This document shows, one piece after another, positions 31,848 to 44,254 of a DNA stretch of 64,000 bases (the first letter of the stretch is position 1; every line of letters begins with the position of its first letter). This DNA is from an uncultured Verrucomicrobiota bacterium. GTDB lineage: Bacteria > Verrucomicrobiota > Verrucomicrobiia > Limisphaerales > CAIQOK01. Location: NCBI GenBank assembly GCA_903873415.1, contig CAIQOK010000034.1:43962-107961 (forward strand), read 5' to 3'. The notes under the pieces were generated by a model. It saw only the letters and a program-made list of their open reading frames with translations. It was not told where the DNA came from and did no database searches. The position numbers and the translations under genes were made by a program.

Positions 31848-32061
31848 TTCCATCGGGGCCGGCTTGCAGCCACTGCAACGCCGTTTTTTTACTGCAGATG
31901 TGCCGGGGCGTCATGCCAGTGATGGCCTTTAGAACCAGACACTAACACTGCAGTCGGTGATTTTAATCCCCAGTCCGCCGCTACGGACTTTCCTCTTTGC
32001 AAGCTGGCAGTGTCTCCAAAATAATTTGAATCGGCCCATTCCATTGCCCGTCAGTTAATGG

Positions 32062-32760
32062 ATGCGTGTCGAGCGGGCTTTCACCTTGATCGAATTGTTG
32101 GTGGTCATCGCCATCATCGCGATTCTCGCGTCCATGCTTCTCCCCGCCTTGTCGGCGGCCAAGCAAAAGGCGTGGAAAACGAGCTGTGTTTCCAATCTGC
32201 ATCAACTGGGCTTGGGCATGCGCATGTTTGCGGATGAGAACAACGAATTCTATCCCGAATCCGGAGGGACCATCAGTTGGGGCGCCATCGATGTCTCGAG
32301 GCCTGGCGGATCCGGAAAGCTCGGCTGGATGGAGCAGATTGTTTCCTACACCGGGGGCACGAACGTTTTCACCTGTCCCGGCAATGTGCAACTCCCGGCT
32401 GGTATGCGCGGACCATTCAACTATTTCAACGGCGACCGTGCGGCATTCGTTGCTGCCGGAGCTGCTGCGCCGGTCAAAGACACTTTCATCCGGTTCCACT
32501 CAGCCTATGTCTTGTCCGGCGACACCTGCGGCATTCCGAATGTGAGCGGCGGCGGAAGCTTCGATCCGCTGGATGCCGACAAGGATGACTACACTCAGAA
32601 CTGTGTGGGAGGGGCGGTGAATGGCTCGCCATATGAACTCTGGCAGGTTCATTCCCTCGGCCAGAACCTCCTTTTCGCGGACGGCCGGGCCAAATGGTAC
32701 CGCGGCTACGAAACGAACGAAATGACCTTCCGTTACGATTCCATGCACGGCTGGCAATAG
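32062..32760 (+). CDS. Prepilin-type N-terminal / H-X9-DG domain protein
   Basis: [19 protein letters not shown] at the N-terminus; C-terminal [12 protein letters not shown]. Confidence 0.9.
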   Translation: MRVERAFTLIELLVVIAIIAILASMLLPALSAAKQKAWKTSCVSNLHQLGLGMRMFADENNEFYPESGGTISWGAIDVSRPGGSGKLGWMEQIVSYTGGTNVFTCPGNVQLPAGMRGPFNYFNGDRAAFVAAGAAAPVKDTFIRFHSAYVLSGDTCGIPNVSGGGSFDPLDADKDDYTQNCVGGAVNGSPYELWQVHSLGQNLLFADGRAKWYRGYETNEMTFRYDSMHGWQ

Positions 32761-32823
32761 CCCAAGACCTTGCCAGTGTGTTTCTGTTATCAACCCTGTT
32801 GTCTTTGAGCCTTTGTGTGTTTT

Positions 32824-33624
32824 ATGAAATTCCGGCGAGCGTTCACCTTGATTGAGCTGCTCGTGGTCATCGCGATTATCGCGATTCTGGCTGCGCTGCT
32901 CCTGCCCGCGCTTTCCAAGGCCAAAGAATCCGCCAAGGCCTCCGCCTGCCTTAACAACATGAGGCAGGTTGGAGTTGCGACGAAAATGTATCTGGACGAC
33001 GCCAGCGGGGTGATGGTTCCGCTCTGGATTCAGGAGGGCAACCCAGCCTGGGGCGCTTGGGCCTACGATGCTTCCAGCTTTGTCATTCAAGCGCCCGGGC
33101 GTTTGTGGTGGCCGGACAAACTCCGGCTGGGCGGCTATCTTCCGGCGCAAAAGACTTTTGATTGCCCGGTTCTCACCCGGCCCGCCACCGGCAGTTTTGG
33201 CGGATCCGTCAGCCTCACCCATACCTTGGGGATCGGAATGAATTATCCCGAATACGGATGGGTCGCTCCCCTGCCCGGATTCGGTTCTCCTGTCTATGCC
33301 ACCAGCAAGGAAAGCCAAGTGGCCAAGCCCGGACAGTCTATTGATTTTGCCGATGCGGGGCAGATCTCCAATTCAAGTGAAAGCAACGCCGACAATTGGA
33401 TTGAGGTTCCGGCCACCGGTTGCGCCTATTTCCGCGTGCCCAGCGATGTCGTGGATTACGATGTGGGGGATTCCCGTTCAGTTCCGCGGCACGGCGGACG
33501 GGTGAACGCGGCTTTTTTTGACGGGCATGTCCAAAAGTTGCGCAACACCAGCATCCGCTATGATCTGGTTCGTACCGACGGAAATGTCCAGTGGGCGCGA
33601 AACAACAGGGGCGTCCTTCCTTGA
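32824..33624 (+). CDS. Prepilin-type N-terminal / H-X9-DG domain protein
   Basis: [32 protein letters not shown]. Confidence 0.9.
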   Translation: MKFRRAFTLIELLVVIAIIAILAALLLPALSKAKESAKASACLNNMRQVGVATKMYLDDASGVMVPLWIQEGNPAWGAWAYDASSFVIQAPGRLWWPDKLRLGGYLPAQKTFDCPVLTRPATGSFGGSVSLTHTLGIGMNYPEYGWVAPLPGFGSPVYATSKESQVAKPGQSIDFADAGQISNSSESNADNWIEVPATGCAYFRVPSDVVDYDVGDSRSVPRHGGRVNAAFFDGHVQKLRNTSIRYDLVRTDGNVQWARNNRGVLP

Positions 33625-33706
33625 ACCCCGTCCGTCCCTGACGCACGGTTGACCGGCCGCATTTCCGCTTTGCGTTCCGCCCGGCTTGGCGGTTTAATCT
33701 CACGCG

Positions 33707-34936
33707 ATGAAAATTGTTTTAGCTTATTCGGGCGGTCTCGACACCTCGGTCCTCATGTCTTGGATCAAGGAGAAATACAATGCCGAGATGATCGGTTTCT
33801 GCGCTGACATTGGTCAGGAGGAGGAGCTTAACGGCCTGGAAAAGAAGGCCCTGAAGACCGGTGCATCCAGGATTTACATCGACAATTTGCAGGAGGAATT
33901 CGCGCGTGATTTCATCTTCCCGATGATTCAGGCCAGCGCGATTTACGAGGGCCAATATTTCCTTGGCACCAGCATCGCCCGCCCTCTCATCGCCAAACGC
34001 ATGGTGGAGATCGCCAGAAAGGAGAAGGCCGACGCCATTGCCCACGGAGCGACTGGGAAAGGCAATGATCAGGTCCGCTTTGAACTGACCGCTGCGGCGC
34101 TCGCGCCGGACTTGCAGGTCATCGCTCCCTGGCGTGACGAGCGCTATCGCAGTGAATTCCCTGGACGCCAGGAGATGATCGATTACTGCGCCAAGCATAA
34201 GATTCCGGTGCAGGCCAGCGCCAAGAAGCCTTACTCGATGGACCGCAATCTTCTGCATATCTCCTACGAGGCCGGCATCTTGGAAGACCCCTGGTATGAC
34301 TCCCATGACGCAAAGAACCGTGACTATTTCACGACGCTGTCCGTGCTGCCGGAAGACGCGCCGGACAAGGCCGAGTTTGTCGAATTGGATTTTGTCAAAG
34401 GCGATTGCGTGGCGGTCAATGGTAAGAAGCTCAATCCGCTCGGTGTGATGAAGGCGTTGAACAAGCTTGGCGGCAAGCATGGCGTCGGCCGCGTGGACAT
34501 GGTTGAGAACCGATTCGTTGGCATGAAATCCCGCGGCGTCTATGAGACCCCCGGCGGCGCCATCCTCCATTTCGCCCATCGCCAGATGGAATCCCTCACC
34601 ATGGATCGAGAAGTCATGCACCAGCGCGATGCCCTTGTGCCCAAGTATGCCGAGTTGGTCTATAACGGCTTCTGGTATGCTCCTGAACGCCATGCCCTGC
34701 AGGCTTATGTCACCGAAAGCCAGAGGAACGTGGCCGGCACGGTCCGCGTGAAACTCTACAAGGGCAACATCATGGTCAGCGGCCGCAAATCCCCGGTCAG
34801 CCTCTACAATCCCCACATCGCCACGATGGAAGCCGACCCGACCAAGGCCTATAACCAGGACGACGCCACCGGATTCATCCGCTTGAACGGTCTGCGCCTG
34901 AAAGTCGCCGCCAAGGTGCATGCCGGAAAGAAATAG
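33707..34936 (+). CDS. argG: Argininosuccinate synthase
   Basis: [40 protein letters not shown]. Confidence 0.98.
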   Translation: MKIVLAYSGGLDTSVLMSWIKEKYNAEMIGFCADIGQEEELNGLEKKALKTGASRIYIDNLQEEFARDFIFPMIQASAIYEGQYFLGTSIARPLIAKRMVEIARKEKADAIAHGATGKGNDQVRFELTAAALAPDLQVIAPWRDERYRSEFPGRQEMIDYCAKHKIPVQASAKKPYSMDRNLLHISYEAGILEDPWYDSHDAKNRDYFTTLSVLPEDAPDKAEFVELDFVKGDCVAVNGKKLNPLGVMKALNKLGGKHGVGRVDMVENRFVGMKSRGVYETPGGAILHFAHRQMESLTMDREVMHQRDALVPKYAELVYNGFWYAPERHALQAYVTESQRNVAGTVRVKLYKGNIMVSGRKSPVSLYNPHIATMEADPTKAYNQDDATGFIRLNGLRLKVAAKVHAGKK

Positions 34937-35098
34937 CCTGAACACGGAAATATCCCGCTCATCCACCTCCTCCGCGCCCATCCCTGATAAAGCAAATTAA
35001 AACACTACTTGGAGCCGCAATGCGGCGGCGGATTCAACGGGTTTTCGGGGTTGTGTGGGATGGCCGAGGCGCGCCCTTTTTGCGGGGCAGAGTTGATG

Positions 35099-35148
35099 GA
35101 CATAACTGGGCGGCAGGGGGATAACCCCATTGACCCGCCCTTTATGTC
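35099..35148. repeat. Imperfect 50-bp palindrome
   Basis: GACATAA/TTATGTC, GGGCGG/CCGCCC and GGGG/CCCC arms around a GATAA loop. Confidence 0.6.
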
Positions 35149-35189
35149 GTGCATCCGGACGCCGTGGGCGCCGGGATTCATGCAGACTC

Positions 35190-35415
35190 AATTTGGCGGC
35201 CAAGCCCCGGAAGGTTGGTCCTAGGCTTGCGGTGAAGCGCCTCGATCCCCGTCAAACGCAACAGACGGCATCACCCGCTTGCGATTGACGGCCAAATTAT
35301 CCCGGCTCAGAAGCACCGACACCTTCGAAGTGCCGTAAACCGGATGCTTGAGGTGCTGCTCGTCAAAGTGCCGCATCACTCAGAGCTTCTCTGCTCTCTC
35401 CGGATGGCGCTGGTA
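35190..35415 (-). pseudogene. IS3-family transposase OrfB (HTH region) relic
   Basis: Hand translation YQRHPERAEKL*VMRHFDEQHLKHPVYGTSKVSVLLSRDNLAVNRKRVM / (frameshift) RLLRLTGIEALHRKPRTNLPG matches the IS3 OrfB pattern P.YG.R...L...G..VNRKRV.RLMR..G; one in-frame stop and one frameshift. Confidence 0.75.
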
Positions 35416-35433
35416 ATTTTATTGTCTGCTTAA

Positions 35434-35530
35434 CAAGCTGTTGAAAAGACATGTTTTGAAAAAACGACCTTCAAGAGAATTGGGCTTTGGGCAGGGTTTT
35501 TCATCCGGAAAACCGTTTTTTAACAGCCTC
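35434..35530. mobile_element. Possible 97-bp MITE or internally deleted IS
   Basis: Terminal IRs CAAGCTGTTGAAAA / TTTTTAACAGCCTC (11 of 14 match), flanked on both sides by TTAA. Confidence 0.45.
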
Positions 35531-35675
35531 TTAAGACTTATACGCAGATCTCCGGAAATCACTCTTTAAAAATCAGCTTCCTCTTCTGGAGTTGCACCGA
35601 CCGTAATCGTGGGTTCGCATTGTGGGCTGTGTGGTTTTGCTTCAAATTCCCGTCAGCCTCCGGCATGCTGAACAG

Positions 35676-36098
35676 GTGAGCCATAAAAGCGCCAAAATTG
35701 CCGCGATGATTGACGGGTTCCGCGGCCGGGAGCTGGATGCGCATTATCTGGGGTATTTCGAGTGTTTCAACCGGCAGCTTTTCTTCGAGGCCCACGATGT
35801 GCTTGAGGAACTCTGGCTGGCGCAGCGTCAGGGCGCCAACTATTCCTTTTACAAGGGGCTGATTCAATTGGCTGGAGCCTTTGTGCATCTCCAGAAAAAC
35901 CGCCTTCGCCCCGCCGCCGCTCTCTTCCGGCTCGCCGAGGATAATCTGCTTAAATACCCTCCGGTGCACGAGCGATTGGATCGAGACCGTGTTCTTGGGC
36001 TCATTTCGGAATGGCGGGCGCGCTTGGTATCGGGTGCCTTTGAGGTGAATCCTCTGCTGACAGACCCGGATCCTCATTTGGATTTAACCGGGGTTTGA
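35676..36098 (+). CDS. DUF309 family protein
   Basis: FN...FFEAHDVLEELW...YKGLIQLAGAFVH; GTG start inferred. Confidence 0.85.
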   Translation: MSHKSAKIAAMIDGFRGRELDAHYLGYFECFNRQLFFEAHDVLEELWLAQRQGANYSFYKGLIQLAGAFVHLQKNRLRPAAALFRLAEDNLLKYPPVHERLDRDRVLGLISEWRARLVSGAFEVNPLLTDPDPHLDLTGV

Positions 36099-36195
36099 CT
36101 GGAAGGATGCCGGGCGTTTTTTTGCGCGCAGGCCCCTGAGGTGGTAACACATAAAGGAATGGAATTTGGTTTCGGCTGTTTTGCCGGAGCTGCAT

Positions 36196-37062
36196 TCAGC
36201 GCGTTGGTTTGCAGGAGGAGCACCCGCACTTCGTTTCGCCTCTTCCGCTTTTTGCCCGGCCCGCTGCGTTCCAGCCCGGGTTTAGCACCCAATGCCGCCC
36301 CACGTGTTGACTATTGGCGATGGCCTGTGTGATGTGTTCCTTTGCTCCCGCCACGGCCTCGGAGAGAGGGTGATCGTAAGCCAGCAAGGCCGCGACCGCC
36401 GCCGAGTAGGTGCAACCCGTTCCGTGTGTTGACATCCCGCCCACAAAAGGCGCTGTTAGCAGCAGTTCGCTGGTGCCGTCGAAAAAAATGTCGGCGGCTT
36501 CTCGCGTGTTTTTCAGATGTCCGCCCTTGACCAGCACCGCGCAGCCGAATTTCCCCTGAATCTCCCGAGCTGACCGGCGCAAATCTTCCAGCGACTTGAG
36601 TGGCCGTCCGGTCAGCAGCGCGGCTTCGTCGAGGTTGGGGGTGATCAGAGTGGCCAAGGGCAGGAGTTCTTTTTCCAGGATGCGGAGGGCGTTGCCCTTC
36701 AGCAACGGTGTGCCGCTGGTGGAGACCAAGACGGGATCCACCACCAGCGGTGTCTTGCGGTGAGTGCGGAAATAGTCCGCGACCACGTGGATGATTGATG
36801 CCGAGTAGAGCATGCCGGTCTTGGCCGCTTTCGGGGGCAGTTCGCTGAAGACCGCATCAAGTTGCCGGAGAATCATGTCCGGGCTGCAGGGCTGGATGCC
36901 GGTGAGGACCTTCGGGTTTTGGGCGGTGACACAAGTCAGCACGCTGGTGCCGTGGACAGCCAAGGCCTGAAAGGTTTTCAAGTCCGCCTGAACACCCGCT
37001 CCGCCGCCGCTGTCAGATCCGGCGATGGTCAGGGCGATGGGAATCCGCTGTTGCTTTGTCAT
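36196..37062 (-). CDS. thiD: Hydroxymethylpyrimidine/phosphomethylpyrimidine kinase
   Basis: TIAGSDSGGGAGVQAD, KTGML, VVDPV, TPNLDEA, KGGH, THGTGCT. Confidence 0.96.
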   Translation of the reverse strand: MTKQQRIPIALTIAGSDSGGGAGVQADLKTFQALAVHGTSVLTCVTAQNPKVLTGIQPCSPDMILRQLDAVFSELPPKAAKTGMLYSASIIHVVADYFRTHRKTPLVVDPVLVSTSGTPLLKGNALRILEKELLPLATLITPNLDEAALLTGRPLKSLEDLRRSAREIQGKFGCAVLVKGGHLKNTREAADIFFDGTSELLLTAPFVGGMSTHGTGCTYSAAVAALLAYDHPLSEAVAGAKEHITQAIANSQHVGRHWVLNPGWNAAGRAKSGRGETKCGCSSCKPTR

Positions 37063-37153
37063 GTCCGAAGTATACCGGTCCGGTGCGGATTGTCAGCGGT
37101 GCTGTGAGAACTTGACACTTGGAACCGGGCTTCCAGAACGCCATAGTTTCCGC

Positions 37154-38920
37154 ATGGACAAAGAACAGGTTGCCGAGATTCTGCTTGAGATCGGTATATT
37201 ACTCGAGTTGAAGGGGGAAAACCCATTTAAAACGCGGGCCTATGCCGGCGCGGCGCGGACGATTGAAACCCTCCACGAGCCGCTTGCCAAAATCGTCGCC
37301 GAAAACCGGCTTGGTGAGCTCAAAGGCATCGGCGAAGCCTTGCAGCAGAAAATCACCGAGCTGGTCACCACTGGCAGGTTGGATTACCACGAAAAGCTCA
37401 AGGCGTCCGTTCCTGCGGGTTTGATGGCGATGCTGGAGGTGCCGGGGTTGGGCCCGAAAAAAATAATTGTGCTGCGCCGCGAACTGGGAGTTGAAAGTGT
37501 CGAGGCGCTGGAACAGGCCTGCCGCGAGGGGCGTGTGGCCGGCTTGGAGCGGTTCGGTGAGAAAACCCAGTCGAATATTCTCGATGGAATCGCCCGCCGG
37601 CGCGCCTATGCCACCCAACATCTTTACGCCGACGCGCTGCGGGTTGCGGAACCGATGCTTGAGGATTTGCGGCGGCATCCTGATGTGATCCGGTGCAGTG
37701 CGGCCGGCAGCCTGCGCCGCAACCGCGAGGTGATAGGAGATATTGATTTTCTGGCCTCGTCCAAAAAACCCGCGGAAGTGATCGCCCACTTCACCAGCCA
37801 GCCTGCCGTTATCAGCATCATTGCCCGTGGGGACACCAAGGCGAGCGTGCTGTTGGAGGGCGGGATCCAGTCGGATCTGCGGGTGGTCAGCGACACTGAA
37901 TATCCTTTCGCCCTGCTCTATTTCACGGGCAGCAAGGAGCATAATATTGCGATGCGTCAGCGGGCCATTGAGCGCGGATTGCGCCTCAATGAATACGGCC
38001 TGTTCCGGTCCACGGAGGAGACGCGCGATCCTGCATTAATGGTGGAGTGCCGCACGGAGGAGGAGGTGTTTGCCGGGCTGGGACTGCACTTTGTTCCGCC
38101 TGAACTGCGGGAGGATGCGGGCGAATTTACGGCTGCCGAAAAGGAAGAATTGCCGCGCCTCATCGAGTGGGGCGACCTCAAAGGATCGTTGCACAACCAC
38201 TCCACTTGGAGCGACGGCCGCCAGACCCTGGAGGAAATCGCTTCCTCCATGGACGAGCTGGGTCTGGCTTACTGGGCGGTGACGGATCATTCCAAGAGTT
38301 CTTTTCAGGCCAATGGTCTGGAGGCTGCACGCCTGCGTCAGCAAATACGGGAAATCCGCGAGATCAACCAGCGCCTGGCCAGTGAGGGCGTGGATTTCCG
38401 GCTGCTTACAGGAACCGAAGTCGATATTTTAAAGGACGGGAAGCTGGATTTTACCGACGAGGTGTTGTCAGAACTCGACGTGGTCGTGGCCAGCATTCAT
38501 CAGCGTCTGGCGGAGACCGAGGCCGAGACCACCACGCGCCTGATCCGGGCGGCTCAAAATCCCTATGTCCACGCTTTGGGGCATTTGAGCGGACGGCTAC
38601 TGCTGGCTCGCGAACCCTACAAATTCGATGCCCATGCGGTGATTGATGCCTGCGCGGCTGCGGGGACCTGGATTGAATTCAATGCCGCACCGGAACGGTG
38701 TGACATGGATTGGCGGTTGTGGCCTTACGCCAAGAGCAAGGGGGTCAAATGCGTCATCAATTGCGACGCCCATCGGCTCGATCATGTCGGCTATCTCCGG
38801 CTGGGCGCGGGGCTGGCGAGCAAGGGCTGGCTGACCAGGGCGGATGTGATCAATACCCTGCCGCTCCCGGCATTGATGAGGGAATTGGCCCGCAAGCGTC
38901 AGCCCCCTGGTCGGAGCTGA
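37154..38920 (+). CDS. polX: DNA polymerase X / PHP domain protein
   Basis: ENPFKTRAY, GSLRR, GDIDF, DLRV, YFTGSKEHN; PHP motifs HNHSTWSDG, TDHS and DAH. Confidence 0.95.
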   Translation: MDKEQVAEILLEIGILLELKGENPFKTRAYAGAARTIETLHEPLAKIVAENRLGELKGIGEALQQKITELVTTGRLDYHEKLKASVPAGLMAMLEVPGLGPKKIIVLRRELGVESVEALEQACREGRVAGLERFGEKTQSNILDGIARRRAYATQHLYADALRVAEPMLEDLRRHPDVIRCSAAGSLRRNREVIGDIDFLASSKKPAEVIAHFTSQPAVISIIARGDTKASVLLEGGIQSDLRVVSDTEYPFALLYFTGSKEHNIAMRQRAIERGLRLNEYGLFRSTEETRDPALMVECRTEEEVFAGLGLHFVPPELREDAGEFTAAEKEELPRLIEWGDLKGSLHNHSTWSDGRQTLEEIASSMDELGLAYWAVTDHSKSSFQANGLEAARLRQQIREIREINQRLASEGVDFRLLTGTEVDILKDGKLDFTDEVLSELDVVVASIHQRLAETEAETTTRLIRAAQNPYVHALGHLSGRLLLAREPYKFDAHAVIDACAAAGTWIEFNAAPERCDMDWRLWPYAKSKGVKCVINCDAHRLDHVGYLRLGAGLASKGWLTRADVINTLPLPALMRELARKRQPPGRS

Positions 38921-39258
38921 ACTATCTGTAAAGGGACTGATCCTCGGTTGGACTGCCGGCATTCTTGTTCAGTGCGACGTTGTCTGCCAGAGAGGCGCGG
39001 ATCTGGATATGTTGGCGGGAAAGGCTGAACCGAGTGCCAGTTTGATTGGATGGCTGTGTTTTATTTTGGGAATGGCAGGTCAACCCGGAAAGTTATCATA
39101 CTAAAACATTGGTGGAAAAATATTCATTGTCCGCCGAGGTTGGTTGAACACTCCACCGATTTGTCTTCGTTGCTGGTTCAGCCATTGATCCGAATCCAGC
39201 CGCTCAATCCGGCTGGATTCGGATTGATTGCAGGGCAGGCCTGTTCCAACTTCACACC

Positions 39259-40122
39259 ATGCAAGTTGTAGCTCAGATCGCCGCCATGCAGCGGCTGGCC
39301 CGGAAATGGCAGCATGCCGGACTCCGGATTGCTTTCGTGCCGACCATGGGCTTTCTGCATCCCGGTCATGTCAGCCTGATCCTGCGCGCCCGCCGCGCTG
39401 TGGGGGTGGGCGGCAAGGTGGTTGTCAGCATCTACGTCAATCCGACCCAGTTCGGGCCAAAAGAGGATTTCACCCGCTATCCTCGGGATCTCAAAGGCGA
39501 TCTGCAGATGTGCCGCGAGGCGGGGGCCGACACGGTGTTTACTCCGGATGATCAAGCGATGTATCCCGGGAAGGGGGAGGGGCTTTACAGCACGTTTGTG
39601 GTTGAGGAAAAACTGACGCAAAGCATGGAGGGCGCGTCGCGGCCCTCGCATTTTCGCGGGGTCACAACCGTGGTGGCCAAGTTGCTCCATTGCGTGCTGC
39701 CGGATGTGGCGGTTTTCGGTCAGAAAGATTTCCAGCAAGCCGCCGTCATCCGGCGCATGACCGCGGATCTGAATTTCCCGGTGAAAATCATCGTTGCTCC
39801 CACGTTGAGGGAGCCGGACGGGCTGGCGATGAGTTCGAGAAACAAGTATCTGGCCGGCGATCAGCGGCGTCAGGCCACGGTGCTGTGGCGCTCGCTCCAA
39901 GCAGCCCGGGCGGCGGTGCAGGGAGGCAGTCCGGTCAAGGCCGTCCGGTTGCTAGAGCAATTGAAGAAGTTGATCGCCGCCGAACCGGAGGTGCGGCTGG
40001 ATTATCTGGAGTTTTTCAATCCGGACAGCCTGGAGCCGGTGAGTCTGGTCGTTCCGGGCACGCAAGCGGCTTTGGCTGTGTTTGTGGGTTCCACGCGGTT
40101 GATTGACAACATGCGTTTGTGA
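39259..40122 (+). CDS. panC: Pantoate--beta-alanine ligase
   Basis: FVPTMGFLHPGH, VNPTQF, RPSHFRGV, FGQKDFQQ, GLAMSSRN, RLIDN. Confidence 0.97.
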   Translation: MQVVAQIAAMQRLARKWQHAGLRIAFVPTMGFLHPGHVSLILRARRAVGVGGKVVVSIYVNPTQFGPKEDFTRYPRDLKGDLQMCREAGADTVFTPDDQAMYPGKGEGLYSTFVVEEKLTQSMEGASRPSHFRGVTTVVAKLLHCVLPDVAVFGQKDFQQAAVIRRMTADLNFPVKIIVAPTLREPDGLAMSSRNKYLAGDQRRQATVLWRSLQAARAAVQGGSPVKAVRLLEQLKKLIAAEPEVRLDYLEFFNPDSLEPVSLVVPGTQAALAVFVGSTRLIDNMRL

Positions 40123-40329
40123 TTTCGATAGGGGAAGAGTATTTGGGCTCTTGTCGGAGGGGGCGTCCTGCGAAAGAGCGGGTAGGTCTGCCCAAATTCA
40201 GGGGGTTGCGGCGTTCAAAGGCCGCCTCAAGCGGAAGGTCCTTGGGGCTTGTTGGTGCTCCGGTCCGACGGGCGGGTGTTGAGTTGAGCCTTGTGTTTCC
40301 CGGGCTGGTGCCGCTTCCTTGTTGGCGAA

Positions 40330-41925
40330 ATGAAACAGTTTGACTATCTCGTGCTGGGCAGCGGCATTGCGGGGCTGTCGTTCGCGCTGAAAGTCGCCCC
40401 GCACGGGCGTGTGGCCATCCTCACCAAAAAAAACCGCGCGGAGTCGAACACCAACTACGCACAAGGAGGGATCGCCTCCGTGACGAGCAAGGAGGATTCC
40501 TTCGAGTTGCATGTGCGCGACACGCTTGAGGCCGGGGCCGGTCTTTGCGACGAACAGGTCGTCCGTCGCATTGTCGAGGAAGGGCCCTCCTGTGTTCAGG
40601 AATTGATCGAGTTGGGGATGAAGTTCAGTGAACGTCAGATCCCCGACTCTTCCGGCGCGCAGGAGTTGGATCTGGGCCGGGAGGGGGGCCATTCCAAACG
40701 GCGCATTCTCCACGCCAAGGATGTCACGGGCCGGGAGATTGAGCGCGCGCTGCTTCACGCAGTCGCGCGACAGCCCAACATCAGCGTGTTTGAAAACCAT
40801 GTCGCCATTGACCTCATCACCAGCCAGAAGCTGGGATATGTCGGGCCGAACCGTTGTCTTGGGGTTTACGTGCTGGACAAAATCAGCGGACGGGTGGGGA
40901 CTTTCGCGGCGCCGGTGACGCTTCTGGCCACGGGAGGTTGCGGCAAAGTCTACCTCTACACCACCAACCCTGACATTGCCACCGGCGACGGAGTGGCGAT
41001 GGCTTACCGGGCCGGTGCTTCCATTGCGAACATGGAGTTTGTCCAGTTCCATCCGACCTGCCTTTATCATCCCAAGGCAAAATCCTTTCTTATCAGCGAG
41101 GCGGTGCGGGGCGAGGGTGGCGTGCTTAAGTCGGTGGACGGCCGGGAATTCATGGATTCGTCGCATCCATTGAAATCTCTGGCCCCTCGGGACATTGTCG
41201 CCCGGGCGATTGATTCGGAGATGAAGCAGAGCGGGGCGGAATACGTGCTGCTGGACATCAGCCACAAGTCCGCCAGATTCATTATCGAGCGTTTCCCCAA
41301 CATTTATCAGAGCTGTCTGGGCTTCGGCATCGACATCACCAAGGAGCCCATTCCGGTGGTTCCGGCCGCGCATTACCAATGCGGCGGGGTGGTGACAGGC
41401 ATGGATGGGCAGACTCAGATTGAGGGGCTTTACGCCGTGGGCGAGGTGGCCTGCACCGGGCTGCACGGGGCCAACCGCTTGGCTAGTAATTCGCTGCTGG
41501 AAGCCTTGGTCTGTGCCCACCGTGCGGCGGCCGGGATTCTCGTGGAGTCCCCCGCCCCGCCGGTTTTTCGCATTCCGCCGTGGCAATCCGGCGACGCGCA
41601 TAATCCCGATGAAATGGTGGTGGTGGCCCATAATTGGGATGAGATCCGGCGATTGATGTGGGATTATGTGGGCATTGTGCGCACCAACAAAAGGCTTCAA
41701 CGCGCCCAGAAACGCATCGCCAATCTTCAGGAGGAAATCCAAGAGTATTACTGGGATTTCATTGTGACCAGCGATCTGCTGGAGTTGCGCAACATCGCGA
41801 CTGTGGCCGAGTTGATCGTCCGCAGCGCGTTGGAGCGGCATGAGAGCCGAGGGCTGAATTACAATCTTGATTTTCCGCAGTCCGATCCGGAGCTGACGGG
41901 GTGCAACACGGTGTTGCACAAGTGA
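40330..41925 (+). CDS. nadB: L-aspartate oxidase
   Basis: GSGIAG, YAQGGIA, REGGHS, QFHPT, SEAVRGEG, HGANRLASNSLLE. Confidence 0.96.
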   Translation: MKQFDYLVLGSGIAGLSFALKVAPHGRVAILTKKNRAESNTNYAQGGIASVTSKEDSFELHVRDTLEAGAGLCDEQVVRRIVEEGPSCVQELIELGMKFSERQIPDSSGAQELDLGREGGHSKRRILHAKDVTGREIERALLHAVARQPNISVFENHVAIDLITSQKLGYVGPNRCLGVYVLDKISGRVGTFAAPVTLLATGGCGKVYLYTTNPDIATGDGVAMAYRAGASIANMEFVQFHPTCLYHPKAKSFLISEAVRGEGGVLKSVDGREFMDSSHPLKSLAPRDIVARAIDSEMKQSGAEYVLLDISHKSARFIIERFPNIYQSCLGFGIDITKEPIPVVPAAHYQCGGVVTGMDGQTQIEGLYAVGEVACTGLHGANRLASNSLLEALVCAHRAAAGILVESPAPPVFRIPPWQSGDAHNPDEMVVVAHNWDEIRRLMWDYVGIVRTNKRLQRAQKRIANLQEEIQEYYWDFIVTSDLLELRNIATVAELIVRSALERHESRGLNYNLDFPQSDPELTGCNTVLHK

Positions 41926-42145
41926 ACCCGGGGGGCGACTGCGCGTTTTCGAGCCGGGCAAGGGATCCCGTGAAGGGTGCGGGGAGTCTTGGCGGTCTGG
42001 CGGTGGAATTTGAAACTCTTCGGGTTGCGGGGATGGGTCGTTTTTTGAAATTCTCTTGAACAGCAAAGAGAACGGCGGCTTTGAGTGTTACGGTGTCTTT
42101 TTGGCGGGTTTAGGGGGCTGATTTTGAGGTGTGAGGTTTTTAAAG

Positions 42146-42221
42146 TGGTGGGTTGGCGGGGACTCGAACCCCGGACCAATGCCTTAAAAGGGCACTGCTC
42201 TACCAACTGAGCTACCAACCC
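42146..42221 (-). tRNA. tRNA-Lys (anticodon UUU)
   Basis: GGGTTGGTAGCTCAGTTGGTAGAGCAGTGCC-CTTTTAA-GGCATTGGTCCGGGGTTCGAGTCCCCGCCAACCCACCA: 76-nt cloverleaf with encoded CCA. Confidence 0.97.
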
Positions 42222-42299
42222 AACGGGAACTTTTGAGCTTTCCAAAGCTTTTTAAATCCGAGTCCCCTTAGGGTTCAGACTCACTCGAAAGCGAGTTAA

Positions 42300-42328
42300 A
42301 TCCTAGTGTGCCCCGGGGGCAGGTGCAA
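42300..42328 (-). promoter_or_regulatory. Sigma70-type promoter of tRNA-Lys
   Basis: TTGCAC-17-TAGGAT on the minus strand. Confidence 0.6.
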
Positions 42329-42416
42329 GAGTTTTCCCGGGGTTTTCTTTATTCGGGGCGGTCTTCAAAACCCGGTGTTTAAGACGGGGCCAAGGGGCCA
42401 ACATTCCGGGTTGGAC

Positions 42417-44185
<1,769 letters not shown>

Positions 44186-44254
44186 GAACCCGTCTGTTAA
44201 ACCAGAATGCTGAATTCCAGTCAACGAATCAGTGATTTTAATTCAACGAAAACG

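Noticed and set aside
37063..37153. TPP riboswitch upstream of thiD
   Set aside because: The 91-nt gap is occupied by divergent promoters and the -10 box abuts the start, leaving no leader.
39020..39042. Sigma54-like TGGCAC motif on the minus strand between polX and panC
   Set aside because: GG-to-GC offset is 13 rather than 12, and there is no credible downstream gene.
41926..42145. Integrative element at the tRNA-Lys 3' end; short matches (AAAAAACGACC, TTCAAGAGAATT) to the putative MITE
   Set aside because: No integrase and no duplicated tRNA 3' end found; the 11-12-nt matches are in a different order and may be chance.
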